NCBI GenBank assembly: GCA_052168235.1
Contig: JBQLZK010000036.1
Location: 11,498 to 75,497 of the forward strand
From: Thainema sp.
GTDB lineage: Bacteria > Cyanobacteriota > Cyanobacteriia > Phormidesmidales > Phormidesmidaceae
Direction: 5' to 3'
Length of the DNA stretch: 64,000 nt
The notes below the pieces were generated by a model. It made no database searches. It was not told the origin of the DNA and saw only the letters and a list, made by a program, of their open reading frames with translations. Below are positions 42,065-52,039 of this stretch, one piece after another; the stretch's first letter is position 1; each line of letters opens with the position of its first letter. A program made the translations under genes and the position numbers.

Positions 42065-42469
42065 TCACTCTGGCAGACCCTCGAACTTTGGCACTTCCCC
42101 TAACTCTCCATCCCAGGCAGCTTTGCTAGATGTGAAAATGTGCGCTGTTGGTAACATAGAGATCTTAGTGTCCAAACACCCTGCGGGAACGACGAGCAAA
42201 CCTGCGATCTGAGTGCTTGGCAATGCTGAACCACACAACTTACAAAAACTTTTATTGTGACGAGTGCCCGGAAGCGTAAAGGAAGTCACAGCATCGGGAC
42301 CCGACTGCCAGATCAATTTAGCTGACTGTGAAAATAGATTTGCCGCATGAGCAGAACCTGTGTCCTTTTGGCAATGCTGGCAATGACACAGGTAAAAGCT
42401 ATCGAAGTCGCCTTTTACCTCAAACCTCACAGTGCCACACAGGCAAGAACCGAAATAATCAGTCATCAA
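42065..42469 (-). CDS. GFA/CENP-V family zinc protein (cassette 2)
   Basis: GSCLCG, CHCQHCQK, FCKLCGS, HIF..SKA.W. Confidence 0.88.
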   Translation of the reverse strand: MMTDYFGSCLCGTVRFEVKGDFDSFYLCHCQHCQKDTGSAHAANLFSQSAKLIWQSGPDAVTSFTLPGTRHNKSFCKLCGSALPSTQIAGLLVVPAGCLDTKISMLPTAHIFTSSKAAWDGELGEVPKFEGLPE

Positions 42470-42499
42470 AACCCCTTCTACAGCCTGTGGGCAAATTAC

Positions 42500-42588
42500 A
42501 CATAACGCTCCGCTTCACCCGCCGCAGACACCCTTTCGGACTCAACTAGCGGTCTCTACACGGTCGGTGTGCAAGCGGATTATTAGGC
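42500..42588 (-). other. attC-like site of cassette 1
   Basis: R'' GCCTAAT, arm CCGCTTgCACaCCGaCCG pairing with CGGCGGGTGAAGCGG, R' GTTATGT; 89 bp. Confidence 0.75.
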
Positions 42589-42595
42589 ATCGCTA

Positions 42596-43489
42596 CTATA
42601 GCGTACATCTCCGAAGCTCTATGAATTCTTCATCAGTTAAAGAACCTGTTTTTCCAAGTCTTTCGTTAATTCTTCTTGCTGTGGGATCGATATCATGAAC
42701 CGCATGCGCATAGTAACAGTGTGGTCGTATGAACTCAATAACAAACGGCTGGTTTTCTACTGCTGATCGCACCCATACTTCTCCTGGCACATCAAATACC
42801 AAATAAATATCTTTACGATTTTCCACTCCAAAAATCTCTGTAACTGCTGCAATAAGCTTATTAATTGCAACAGGAGCTATGGATTCAAAATCGTAGTCTT
42901 CATTGTAGTGAATGCTTTCGTGCCGAATTGGCATTAATTCGCGGAATAAATTTACAGCATTTTCGGGAACTAATTGCCAGTCAGCAATCAGGTCTAGCAT
43001 TTTTCCCCAGTCATCAAAACTAGATTTCCGGTAAATCTTCTTATACTCAGGATGTGACTTGAAATAGCCTCGTGTCTTTAGCACAAGTCGATTTAGGATT
43101 CTTTCTGCTAAACAACAGGTTGATGTTACTGCTGGGTAAAAGTATCCCAGACAGTAAGTGTTAATAATTTGTTGAATTTTGTATGCATATTCATCAATAA
43201 GAGCAATTGGAGGATAGTCAATTTTCTTCCATCGCTCAAATTTCTCCATGAAATCAGTCGATCCAAGTTCAACTTTTAGTTGCTTCTCAATTTCTACAGT
43301 CAATTCTTCTAACTCTGAAGAGCTAAAAATCCTGCGTCGTGTATCAACGTGAAATTGAACAAGCCGGTATCGACGATCAAGAGAAGGACAAAGAAAGTTT
43401 ATTGCTTCCTCGCCCCGGTTTTGTTTCTCAGAAACAGAAATCGTATGGTTTTGTCCACACACTAGACAAGCTATATCAACATTAATCAT
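42596..43489 (-). CDS. Hypothetical protein with Rx4H HEPN-like motif (cassette 1)
   Basis: RHESIH, N-terminal CxxC...C; AT-rich. Confidence 0.65.
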   Translation of the reverse strand: MINVDIACLVCGQNHTISVSEKQNRGEEAINFLCPSLDRRYRLVQFHVDTRRRIFSSSELEELTVEIEKQLKVELGSTDFMEKFERWKKIDYPPIALIDEYAYKIQQIINTYCLGYFYPAVTSTCCLAERILNRLVLKTRGYFKSHPEYKKIYRKSSFDDWGKMLDLIADWQLVPENAVNLFRELMPIRHESIHYNEDYDFESIAPVAINKLIAAVTEIFGVENRKDIYLVFDVPGEVWVRSAVENQPFVIEFIRPHCYYAHAVHDIDPTARRINERLGKTGSLTDEEFIELRRCTL

Positions 43490-43521
43490 CCAAAAATCTT
43501 CTTACATTAAATTCAACGATT

Positions 43522-43601
43522 TGTATGCCTAACAATTATTAGACTGAATCTTTCTGTATAAGATCCCTCATTGGGCGATTAAGCTGAAAAATTCAGTATA
43601 A
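43522..43601 (-). other. attI-like / dif-like site with two direct repeats
   Basis: GTTAGGC core at 43533-43527; TGTATGCCTAA-CAATTA-TTAGACTGAAT; 24-bp repeats at 43538 and 43578. Confidence 0.5.
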
Positions 43602-44074
43602 CCACCCCACAATTCCAAACTCACGCTGTTTAGAGTTTATTTATCATCCCTCAATATATATTCACTCCATGCTGTCGTCTCAGTACGATCGCAAATTTTG
43701 CAGAGTGCATTGATGGAATGTAACGCCTTTTCTGTTTAAATCTGAGGTGAGGCTGATATTTGGAAAAAGTGCGATCGCACTGACCTAGTATTTCTGTCAG
43801 TGAACCTAGATTGACTCCGCAGACCAAATCTCGTACTGTGAAACGTTAAGTTGCCATGCAAACATCACCTGCACTCGGCAACTGGATACCAAAAATCTAG
43901 TCAACGCGACCCAGAATTGCTGACACCAACTCTGAGCCGCTAACCCCAACGTTGGTCTAGCAACGCAGGGCTCAGGAGATTATAACCCTCCTGTAGCCCC
44001 CCTGCTTTGCGCTTCAAATCGCGGGGGGGCTAGATTTTTGGCTTTCCTCCGAAAGTCAAAAACAGGAGAACACA

Positions 44075-44356
44075 ATGACATATTTCATCCTCGGTGCTGC
44101 CACCAACGCAGCGCCACAGCCTGCTGCGACCCATACCAGCGTTCCACAGCGCGACAGTCGCCATCCCCTGCGGATTATCCTGCTCGGCACTCGCCCCGAC
44201 ATCATCATCACTGTCAAAAACCTGCATCGACGCGGCTTTGCCGAAGCCAACGAATGGAGCCAGCCGATTCCCTGCCCCAGTGCAGGCGACGTGGCGCGGC
44301 TCCTGCCCCGTCACCCCGATGATCAGCTCAGCATCCTGACTCGCTATCTGAGCTGA
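44075..44356 (+). CDS. Small cyanobacterial hypothetical protein
   Basis: AGGAG RBS; LH.RGFAE..EWS.P...SILTR pattern recalled from cyanobacterial hypotheticals. Confidence 0.65.
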   Translation: MTYFILGAATNAAPQPAATHTSVPQRDSRHPLRIILLGTRPDIIITVKNLHRRGFAEANEWSQPIPCPSAGDVARLLPRHPDDQLSILTRYLS

Positions 44357-44372
44357 TTGCCCTCACCTCTTC

Positions 44373-45254
44373 TCATGATGCCTGCCGAAACATCCCATGT
44401 CCGCGCAGCAAGTCCAGGAACATGAAGACAGCGGGCGAGAGCAGTGTATCAGACAGTGTGACAGCACCGATGACGCGTTCGAGTGGTACAGGTAGCGATC
44501 GCACTTGCACCCCGTCGGGAATCGGTAATGCAGCCAAGCGAGGCAAGATGGCAGCTCCCAGTCCCTGAGCGACCATGCTGACAATGGTGGAATCTTCCTT
44601 AATCGTGTAGGCCACGGTCAGCGGTTGATTCCACCTAGCCCAGTGTTCGCGCACGGCAGAGGTGCATTCGGCATAGTTGAGCAAGATAAACGAGTGCATC
44701 GCCAAAGCCTGCCAGGTCAGCACGTCGGGGACGGGGCCAGCGGCTTCTGACAGCAGCGCCACATATTCATCGCGTACGATTTCCCAGCTATCAAATTCGT
44801 CCGATCGCGGCAGGGGAACGAGGCCAATATCGACCTGGCCTTCCCGCAGCGCTTGCTCAATCCCTGCCGGATCGTTTTCCACGATTTCCACTTCTACGGT
44901 GGGAAACCGATGACAAAACTGAGCAATTTTCTGCGGCAGGATATGGGTGGCAACGCTGCGAATCGAGGCAATCCGCACCCGCCCACCGTGCAGACCCTTC
45001 TCACGATTCACCTCATGCTCCATGCTGTCCCGCAGTTGCACAATCTGCTCCGCATGGGCAATCACCCGCTCACCAATCGGTGTAGGACGTGCGCCGAATC
45101 GTCCCCGTGACAGCAGCGCCACACCTAACTCGTCTTCCAAAGCTGCGATCGCACGACTGACGGCTGACTGGGACAGATCCAGCGTCTGAGCCGCCAGGGA
45201 AAAGCTGCCGCAATTGACAACCGCCAAAAGAATCCGCAGGTGAAAAATGTTCAT
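44373..45254 (-). CDS. LysR-family transcriptional regulator
   Basis: GSFSLAA..L..SQSAVSRAIAALEDELG plus substrate-binding domain. Confidence 0.95.
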   Translation of the reverse strand: MNIFHLRILLAVVNCGSFSLAAQTLDLSQSAVSRAIAALEDELGVALLSRGRFGARPTPIGERVIAHAEQIVQLRDSMEHEVNREKGLHGGRVRIASIRSVATHILPQKIAQFCHRFPTVEVEIVENDPAGIEQALREGQVDIGLVPLPRSDEFDSWEIVRDEYVALLSEAAGPVPDVLTWQALAMHSFILLNYAECTSAVREHWARWNQPLTVAYTIKEDSTIVSMVAQGLGAAILPRLAALPIPDGVQVRSLPVPLERVIGAVTLSDTLLSPAVFMFLDLLRGHGMFRQAS

Positions 45255-45390
45255 CTAGGCTATCTATTCGCTTTCTGCATAGATGTGAACCGCCAAGAGT
45301 TTTGATCTTCGAGAAACCGCCAGGTTAGCGTGTAGCTACCCGTGAAATTCTTGACTTTTATTTACATTTAACAAGGCGGCCAATCCAATC

Positions 45391-45885
45391 ATGTACGAGT
45401 TAATACCCTTTGAAAAATTCCGCGATACGCCCAACGTTCGCTTTTTTGATATCACGATTTCCAGCTCCAACGCCCGCGATCTAGTTTTTCACGACGGCCC
45501 AGCCACCAGCCCCAACAACTCGGAAATAGGCCATTGGCAGTTTTACCTGCATCCCAATCAGGAAGACAATCTGCTTGCCCTCAGCGGTGGTCGCACCTTC
45601 TGCCTAGTCAATTTGGCCTGGGAGCAGCCCGTGCATATTGTGCGACTGGATGCCAATCAGGATATTTTAAGAATTCCACCAGGAACGTTCCATCGCTCCG
45701 TGTCTGATCCCAATGGCTCCCTGGTGCTGAATCAGGCCGTCCGCACCCAACGCGCCACCGTCGCCAGCGAGTTCCGCGTCTACAACAGTGGCGACATTCC
45801 TCGCCTACAAGATGTACTCAACGCTTATCAACCCTGGAATCACGTTTATTTTCATCAGTGCGATCGCACTTACCGAGCCGCATAA
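45391..45885 (+). CDS. Cupin-fold hypothetical protein
   Basis: FYLHPNQEDNL, LRIPPGTFHRS; divergent from the LysR gene. Confidence 0.75.
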   Translation: MYELIPFEKFRDTPNVRFFDITISSSNARDLVFHDGPATSPNNSEIGHWQFYLHPNQEDNLLALSGGRTFCLVNLAWEQPVHIVRLDANQDILRIPPGTFHRSVSDPNGSLVLNQAVRTQRATVASEFRVYNSGDIPRLQDVLNAYQPWNHVYFHQCDRTYRAA

Positions 45886-45902
45886 ACTTACGCATTGCCG
45901 CT

Positions 45903-45958
45903 CAAAATCTAAAATCCAAAACCCAAAATCCAAAATCGGTATCTCCAAATCCAAAATC
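45903..45958 (+). repeat. Heptamer tandem repeats (AATCCAA type)
   Basis: caaaatctaaaatccaaaacccaaaatccaaaatc; also at 50077-50155. Confidence 0.75.
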
Positions 45959-46079
45959 TCGGCACAATTGTGCCAACAAACGGTGGACTCAAAAATAGCT
46001 GTAAAGTTTCTGCCCTGATAGCGGGAGTTTTTCGCTAGGATCTAAACCGCTCCACTGTGCCGCATGTAGGTATTCAACG

Positions 46080-47312
46080 TTGGCTGTTCCGAACCTTTGG
46101 TTATTGGTAGGTCCCCCTGTGATTGGTGGTGTAATTGGCTATTTCACCAATGACATCGCCCTCAAGATGCTGTTTCGACCCTATCGCCCGATTTACATTG
46201 CGGGTAGACGATTACCCTTCACCCCTGGCTTAATTCCCAGCAACCAAGAACGCTTAGCGCAGCGGGTTGCCGACACGATTATGGGTTCGCTGCTCACGCC
46301 AGAGGAGCTACAGCGACTGGCGCGGCGGCTGCTGCAAACCGAGCGGATGCAGGCCGCCATTTACTGGCTGCTGCAACTGGTGCGCGAGCAGATCCAAACC
46401 AGTTCCAAAGATCGCACGGTGCAGGTGATTGCCAATATTCTGCGCGATTTCTTTGGCGAATCTCTGCCGCGTCTGCTGAAGGTGCTGGCCCGTCGCAGCG
46501 ATTTTCTTGAAGATCAGCTCAATCAGCTGTTCGATCAGGTTTTGCTGGAATTTCAGCTCAGCGATCGTCAAGCCGATCAGCTCTCCATCTGGATTTTGCA
46601 GGTGGTGCTGCCACCGGACACGATTCGGCAGGCTATTGTTGATTTCCTGACCGATCGCAATATTCAAACCATTGACGAAGGGTTCCGTGAACGCACCAGC
46701 GGCACCTACTGGGTTGTTGCCAATCTATTCGGCCTGCGAAATGCCCTGACCCGTCTACGCACGTTCTGTTTAGACGACCGGGAAGAGAGCAACGCCCGGA
46801 TTGCTGAATTAATTCAATCCCTGGGCGTCAAAGATCGGCTGAAGGAATGGCTGCAAAACTTCACCCTGCAATCGCTGCCGGTTTCTACCGTGCGCCAGCT
46901 CCGGAAAACGGTGAGAGAAACGGTCAGGGCCTATATCCGCGATCGCGGATCGGATGTGCTGCAAAGCCTTGGTGAATCAATTGATTGGGAAAATATGGCT
47001 GCCCTAGTGGTCAACAGTCTCCAGCAGTCTGAAGTGGTGAACAGCTCCCTCGATCCGGTTAGTCAAGAACTAGCGCTGGTACTGGAGCGATATCTAGAAC
47101 GAGATCTGGAAAATATCGTCGCCAAAGCCATTCCCATTTTGAATATCGACCAGGTGATCATTGACCGAGTGAAATCAACCTCACCTAAAGATTTAGAAGT
47201 GGCTGTTCAGACAATCGTGAAAAACGAACTACAGGCCATTGTGAACCTGGGGGGTGTACTCGGTTTTATCATCGGTGGATTTCAAGCAGTTTGGCTGATC
47301 CTTCAGTCCTAG
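46080..47312 (+). CDS. DUF445-family membrane protein
   Basis: [29 protein letters not shown]. Confidence 0.88.
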   Translation: MAVPNLWLLVGPPVIGGVIGYFTNDIALKMLFRPYRPIYIAGRRLPFTPGLIPSNQERLAQRVADTIMGSLLTPEELQRLARRLLQTERMQAAIYWLLQLVREQIQTSSKDRTVQVIANILRDFFGESLPRLLKVLARRSDFLEDQLNQLFDQVLLEFQLSDRQADQLSIWILQVVLPPDTIRQAIVDFLTDRNIQTIDEGFRERTSGTYWVVANLFGLRNALTRLRTFCLDDREESNARIAELIQSLGVKDRLKEWLQNFTLQSLPVSTVRQLRKTVRETVRAYIRDRGSDVLQSLGESIDWENMAALVVNSLQQSEVVNSSLDPVSQELALVLERYLERDLENIVAKAIPILNIDQVIIDRVKSTSPKDLEVAVQTIVKNELQAIVNLGGVLGFIIGGFQAVWLILQS

Positions 47313-47325
47313 GTGATCTCCAACT

Positions 47326-47441
47326 AAAAAGGGGCGCGATGCGCCCCTTTTTGATCGGTTGTATCAAGTCTTTGCATAAGAGCCCAATTTATTGTTTGTG
47401 AACCGTTTGCGAAGCAAACGGTTCACAAACAATAAATTGGG
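47326..47441. repeat. Pair of perfect hairpins (GAT loop, 12-bp arm; GAA loop, 28-bp arm) between convergent genes
   Basis: 47326-47352 and 47383-47441. Confidence 0.8.
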
Positions 47442-47461
47442 TTTTCAACTAGGCTTGGATA

Positions 47462-49765
47462 TTATTCGGAGTCTTCCGCTGCTGCTAACGCCGCTTGTGT
47501 TTTCTCTCGATCGAGCTTGAAGACCACCACACCCAGCGGAGGTAGACAAACATCTAACGAGTGATAGTGTCCGTGTGCGCTCCAATCATCAGCCCACTTG
47601 CCGCCGTAGTTGCCCATACCGCTGCCGCCGTACTCTTTGGCATCGCTGTTAAACAGCTCTTTGTAATAGCCCGGTAGCGGTACGCCCACTTTGTAATGGC
47701 TGTGGGGCTGCGGCGTAAAATTGCAGACTGTGACCGTGAAGTCTTCTTCGTAGCCGTTGACCTTGCGCATGAAGGAAATCACGCTGTGGCTGTTGTCATT
47801 ACAATCAACCCACTCAAAACCATCGTAGGAGAAGTCATCCATGTAGAGGGATGGCTCACTGCGATAGAAGTGGTTGAGGTCGGTCATGAACTTCTTGAGC
47901 TTTCGGTGCGGCTCATACTGGAGCATATCCCACTCCAAATCACCCCACACATTCCACTCGCTCCACTGGCCATACTCCATGCTCATGAACAGCGTTTTCT
48001 TGCCAGGGTGGGTAAACATAAAAGTGTAGAGCGCTCGCATATTGGCAAACTTCTGCCAGCGATCGCCCGGCATCTTGCCCAGCATGTTGCTCTTGCCGTG
48101 TACCACCTCATCATGGGAGAGCGCCAGCATAAAGTTTTCGCTGAAGGCGTACATGATGCTGAACGTCAGGTTGTTCTGATGGAACTGGCGGAACCAGGGA
48201 TCCATCGCGAAGTAGTCCAGCATATCGTGCATCCAGCCCATGTTCCACTTCAGGTTGAAACCCAGACCACCCACATAGGTTGGCCAAGACACCATCGGCC
48301 AGGATGTTGATTCCTCTGCGATCGACAACGAGCCAGGATAGTAGCTGAAAATAACGTGGTTGACCTGTCGGAGGAAATCTGCCGCTTCAATATTCTCGCG
48401 ACCGCCATACTCATTGGGAAGCCACTCGTCCCGCAGGTAGTCAAGATAGAGCATGGATGCCACTGCGTCGACTCGAATACCGTCGATGTGATACTTGTCG
48501 AACCAGAACAGAGCGTTAGCAACTAAAAAGTTACGCACTTCATTGCGGGCGTAGTTAAAGACCAGCGTACCCCATTCTTTATGCTCACCTTTGCGCGGAT
48601 CGCCGTGTTCATAAAGGTGCGTTCCATCAAATAGCGCTAGACCATGCCCATCTTTCGGGAAGTGACCCGGTACCCAGTCCACCAGCACACCAATACCGTT
48701 TAGGTGACACTGATCAATGAAGTACATCAGGTCTTCCGGCGAACCATAGCGGGAGGTGGCGGCGTAGTAGCCTGTCACTTGATAGCCCCAGGAGCCATCA
48801 AACGGGTGTTCGGCAATGGGCAAGACTTCAATATGAGTGAAGCCCAGTTCTTTCACATAAGGAATTAACCGATCGGCAAGTTCCCGATAAGTTAAGAATC
48901 GCGCACCCGGCTTCAAATCTGCCGCTGCGACGGGCGGAATAATGTTGCCGTGGGCATCACGACCGGGATTATCCCAGTCGCCGTGCATCCAGGAGCCAAG
49001 GTGAACTTCATAGACCGATATCGGCTGCTTGAGCGCATCGCGATCGCGCCGTTGCTCTAGCCACTCTTGGTCATGCCATTCAAAAGAATCTAAGTCCGCC
49101 ACAATGGAGGCCGTCTTGGGCCGAACCTCCTGCTGGAAGCCATAGGGATCGGATTTTTCGTAGATGTGTCCGGCGTAGTTTTTGATTTCGTACTTGTAGT
49201 GAGTGCCATAATCCAGGTCAGGAATGAAGAGTTCCCACACGCCGTTGCCGAGCTTGCGCATCTGATGTTTACGACCATCCCAGTAATTGAAGTCACCCAA
49301 AACCGATACATTGCGAGCATTGGGTGCCCAAACCGCAAAGTAAACACCTTTGACATCATCAATGGTTAGAACGTGAGCACCGAGCTTCTCGTAGATCCTA
49401 TGGTGATTACCTTCGGCAAATAAATGAAAATCCATTTCCTGGAACTGGCAGTCCCGGAATGCATAGGGGTCGTGGATGGTGCGTTCGTGTTCTCCCTCTT
49501 TGACGCGAAGCTGATAGTTTTTCAGATCGAAGTCTTCGATAACGCATTCAAAGAAGTGGGGATGATGAACAGACTGCATCGGGAATTCTTGCCGCTCTTC
49601 TGGGCAAACAACCGTTACGGCGCTGGCTTCGGGCTGATAGGCTCGCACAACCCAAACCGAATGGCCATTTTCCTGAATACGATGCGGACCCAGTACCTCA
49701 AACGGATCATGATGATGGTTCCAAACAATGCGATCGATTTGGTCTGGAGCAACGGACATCACCAT
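47462..49765 (-). CDS. glgB: 1,4-alpha-glucan branching enzyme
   Basis: [42 protein letters not shown]; start 49765 or 49759. Confidence 0.97.
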   Translation of the reverse strand: MVMSVAPDQIDRIVWNHHHDPFEVLGPHRIQENGHSVWVVRAYQPEASAVTVVCPEERQEFPMQSVHHPHFFECVIEDFDLKNYQLRVKEGEHERTIHDPYAFRDCQFQEMDFHLFAEGNHHRIYEKLGAHVLTIDDVKGVYFAVWAPNARNVSVLGDFNYWDGRKHQMRKLGNGVWELFIPDLDYGTHYKYEIKNYAGHIYEKSDPYGFQQEVRPKTASIVADLDSFEWHDQEWLEQRRDRDALKQPISVYEVHLGSWMHGDWDNPGRDAHGNIIPPVAAADLKPGARFLTYRELADRLIPYVKELGFTHIEVLPIAEHPFDGSWGYQVTGYYAATSRYGSPEDLMYFIDQCHLNGIGVLVDWVPGHFPKDGHGLALFDGTHLYEHGDPRKGEHKEWGTLVFNYARNEVRNFLVANALFWFDKYHIDGIRVDAVASMLYLDYLRDEWLPNEYGGRENIEAADFLRQVNHVIFSYYPGSLSIAEESTSWPMVSWPTYVGGLGFNLKWNMGWMHDMLDYFAMDPWFRQFHQNNLTFSIMYAFSENFMLALSHDEVVHGKSNMLGKMPGDRWQKFANMRALYTFMFTHPGKKTLFMSMEYGQWSEWNVWGDLEWDMLQYEPHRKLKKFMTDLNHFYRSEPSLYMDDFSYDGFEWVDCNDNSHSVISFMRKVNGYEEDFTVTVCNFTPQPHSHYKVGVPLPGYYKELFNSDAKEYGGSGMGNYGGKWADDWSAHGHYHSLDVCLPPLGVVVFKLDREKTQAALAAAEDSE

Positions 49766-50169
49766 AGAATCTACCTTCCTAGCCTGATTAAGCTGATTTG
49801 AGAAAATGGTTGCTGGCTTAAAAATACAGCGTCGCTGGCAACATTTGTTAAAAGAACTGCAATAAACCGTATCAAATTCACGGGGAACACTCAAATAATC
49901 TATTGCGTTGGGAGTCGGAGAGGAAGAATCGGAGGGTGGATTTGTGGAGGGTGGGAGAGCGTGGGGGAGTGGGGGAGTGGGAGCGCTATAAAGAAAGTGA
50001 GGCGAGAGGAATGAGGCGTAAAAAGGGCTGTAAGGCTCAGAGCTACTTGTCCTTAACACTCAGCATTCAGCACTCTAAATCCAAAATCCAAAATCCCCAG
50101 TACTTAGCACTCAAGCCTTAGTTCTCTAAATCCAAAATCTAAAATCTAAAATCCCCAGCGCTTTGCGCT

Positions 50170-50511
50170 TTATTTCAGCAGAAACGGAAAGAAGGTGCGG
50201 ATGGCGCGGCGGAGGCGGAGGAGGACAATGATTTCTTGAATTTGGGCGGCGACGACAGGATCGGTGGGGTCTTCTTGTAAGAGGGCTTGGAGTTCGGCGT
50301 ATTCGGCAGCGGTGAGCAGTTCGCCGTCAATGGGCGATCGCGCTTCGGTGATGATTTCGGTGCGGAGAATTTCTTCGGGGGTATCTTCGGGTGGAGGGAG
50401 ACAGCGACCAAGGGATGTGAAGCTGGTGGATAGGATAGTGCTCAGAGCTGAGATCGCAACTCTTCTGCTCCATGTTCTGCGCTGTTTGTGCTTGATCTGC
50501 CGTTGTTGCAT
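50170..50511 (-). CDS. Conserved cyanobacterial hypothetical protein
   Basis: LPPPEDTPEEILRTEIITEARSPIDG..LTAAEYAEL. Confidence 0.7.
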   Translation of the reverse strand: MQQRQIKHKQRRTWSRRVAISALSTILSTSFTSLGRCLPPPEDTPEEILRTEIITEARSPIDGELLTAAEYAELQALLQEDPTDPVVAAQIQEIIVLLRLRRAIRTFFPFLLK

Positions 50512-50556
50512 AGGGACGGATACGGTACACGGTGTTTAAATTTCTGACCAATCAGA

Positions 50557-51681
50557 TTAATACAACTCATACTTCATCAGTTGGCAGGGAAGTGAGCCGT
50601 TGTAGACCGGAAAGCGCTGGGCGGATTTGAGGCCAATCGTTTTCGACAGCTCTTTGTTGCCGCTGAGGACGAAGGCTGTCCAGCCTTTGAATCGCTGTTT
50701 GAGTACGTCTCCCAGAAGCTTATAGAATGCACCCAGATCCTTGGCCGATCCGAGTCGCTCACCGTAGGGCGGATTGCACATCAGGATGCCACTATCGGCG
50801 GGTGCTTCCACGTCGGCCAGTTCAGCAATGCTGAACTGCACCCGGTCGGAAACGCCGCAGTTTTTGGCATTGGTGCGAGCCTGCTGGATGACATCGGAGT
50901 TGAGATCGCAACCACCGATCCAGCTTGCCAGTTGCTCAGAGCGAGCAACCTGCGCGGCGGCCACCAACTGGTCAAACAGCTCAGCGTCGTAATCGGGCCA
51001 GGTTTGAAAGCCAAAGCGATCGCGAAATAGACCGGGTGCAATATTCAGGGATTTTAGACTGGCTTCCAGCGGTAGTGTTCCTGAACCACAGAGCGGATCG
51101 AAAAAAGGCTGATCCACTTGCCACTTGGAGAGTTGAATCAACGCTGCAGCCAGAGATTCCTTCAGCGGTGCTGCGCCGACGGCTGGCCGATAGCCGCGCC
51201 GATGCAGACTGCTGCCGGAACTGTCTAAGCTGACCGTGGCGCGATCGCGATGCAGATGCAGGTTAATCTGCACGTCGGCGGCTTCGGTATCGACATTGGA
51301 GCGCTCATCAAACTGCTGCTGCTGCTGGTCAACGATGGCGGTTTTGGTCTGGAGCGCGGTGAAGTGGGTATGGTTTAACTGCTGGGTTTTGCCTGTGGCT
51401 CGCACTGACAGGGTTTGCGCTGGGGTAAGATAGAGCGCCCAGTCGATTTGCTGGATACCGCTGTAAAGCTCGTCGGTATCGCGACAGGGGAATTCCGCGA
51501 TTTGCAGCAGAATCCGAAACGGCAGCCGCGCCCAGAGATTGACCCGATATAGCAAAGTGCGATCGCCTGTGAACGATACGCCGCAAAAGCCCGGTTCTAC
51601 GGCATCTGCGCCCAACTGCCGCAGTTCCTCAGCCGCTAACTCTTCCAGTCCCCGCGCTACCGTAGCAAAATAGTGTGTCAT
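50557..51681 (-). CDS. THUMP-domain RNA methyltransferase (RlmL-like)
   Basis: LHRRGYR, APLKESLAA, DPLCGSGT, NPPYGER. Confidence 0.9.
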   Translation of the reverse strand: MTHYFATVARGLEELAAEELRQLGADAVEPGFCGVSFTGDRTLLYRVNLWARLPFRILLQIAEFPCRDTDELYSGIQQIDWALYLTPAQTLSVRATGKTQQLNHTHFTALQTKTAIVDQQQQQFDERSNVDTEAADVQINLHLHRDRATVSLDSSGSSLHRRGYRPAVGAAPLKESLAAALIQLSKWQVDQPFFDPLCGSGTLPLEASLKSLNIAPGLFRDRFGFQTWPDYDAELFDQLVAAAQVARSEQLASWIGGCDLNSDVIQQARTNAKNCGVSDRVQFSIAELADVEAPADSGILMCNPPYGERLGSAKDLGAFYKLLGDVLKQRFKGWTAFVLSGNKELSKTIGLKSAQRFPVYNGSLPCQLMKYELY

Positions 51682-51756
51682 ACAAGATTGTGAGAAGTGC
51701 GATCGCAATACCAATCCAACGGAGGAAGGCAGATTGAATAAGCTGAAATTTCTGGG

Positions 51757-51785
51757 GTAGGGGCGCGGCATTGCCGTGCCTCTAC
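51757..51785. repeat. REP-like palindrome
   Basis: gtaggggcgcggcattgccgtgcctctac. Confidence 0.7.
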
Positions 51786-51953
51786 GAGTTGGATAATCTA
51801 CAGATTATTGAATCCACCACCTTAAGAAGGACGCAGGCTTCTACGTCCCGTGTAAATCCTAAACAAAAACAGCGAACCGCATCTAGCAGTCCGCTGTTAC
51901 CGATTTACATCATACGGTTCAAAATCCAGTTGCCAACCACGTTTTACATTTTT

Positions 51954-52019
51954 GTAGGGGCGGGTTTCGTTGACCAATTTGATTAGAACCCGCAATTGAT
52001 CGGCTAAACCCGCCCCTAC
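51954..52019. repeat. REP-like inverted repeat (long form)
   Basis: gtaggggcgggttt...aaacccgcccctac. Confidence 0.75.
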
Positions 52020-52039
52020 GGTAAACGTGCATCAACAAC

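Noticed and set aside
49766..50059. N-terminal extension of the glgB ORF
   Set aside because: Read-through of low-complexity repeats; the conserved sequence starts near 49765
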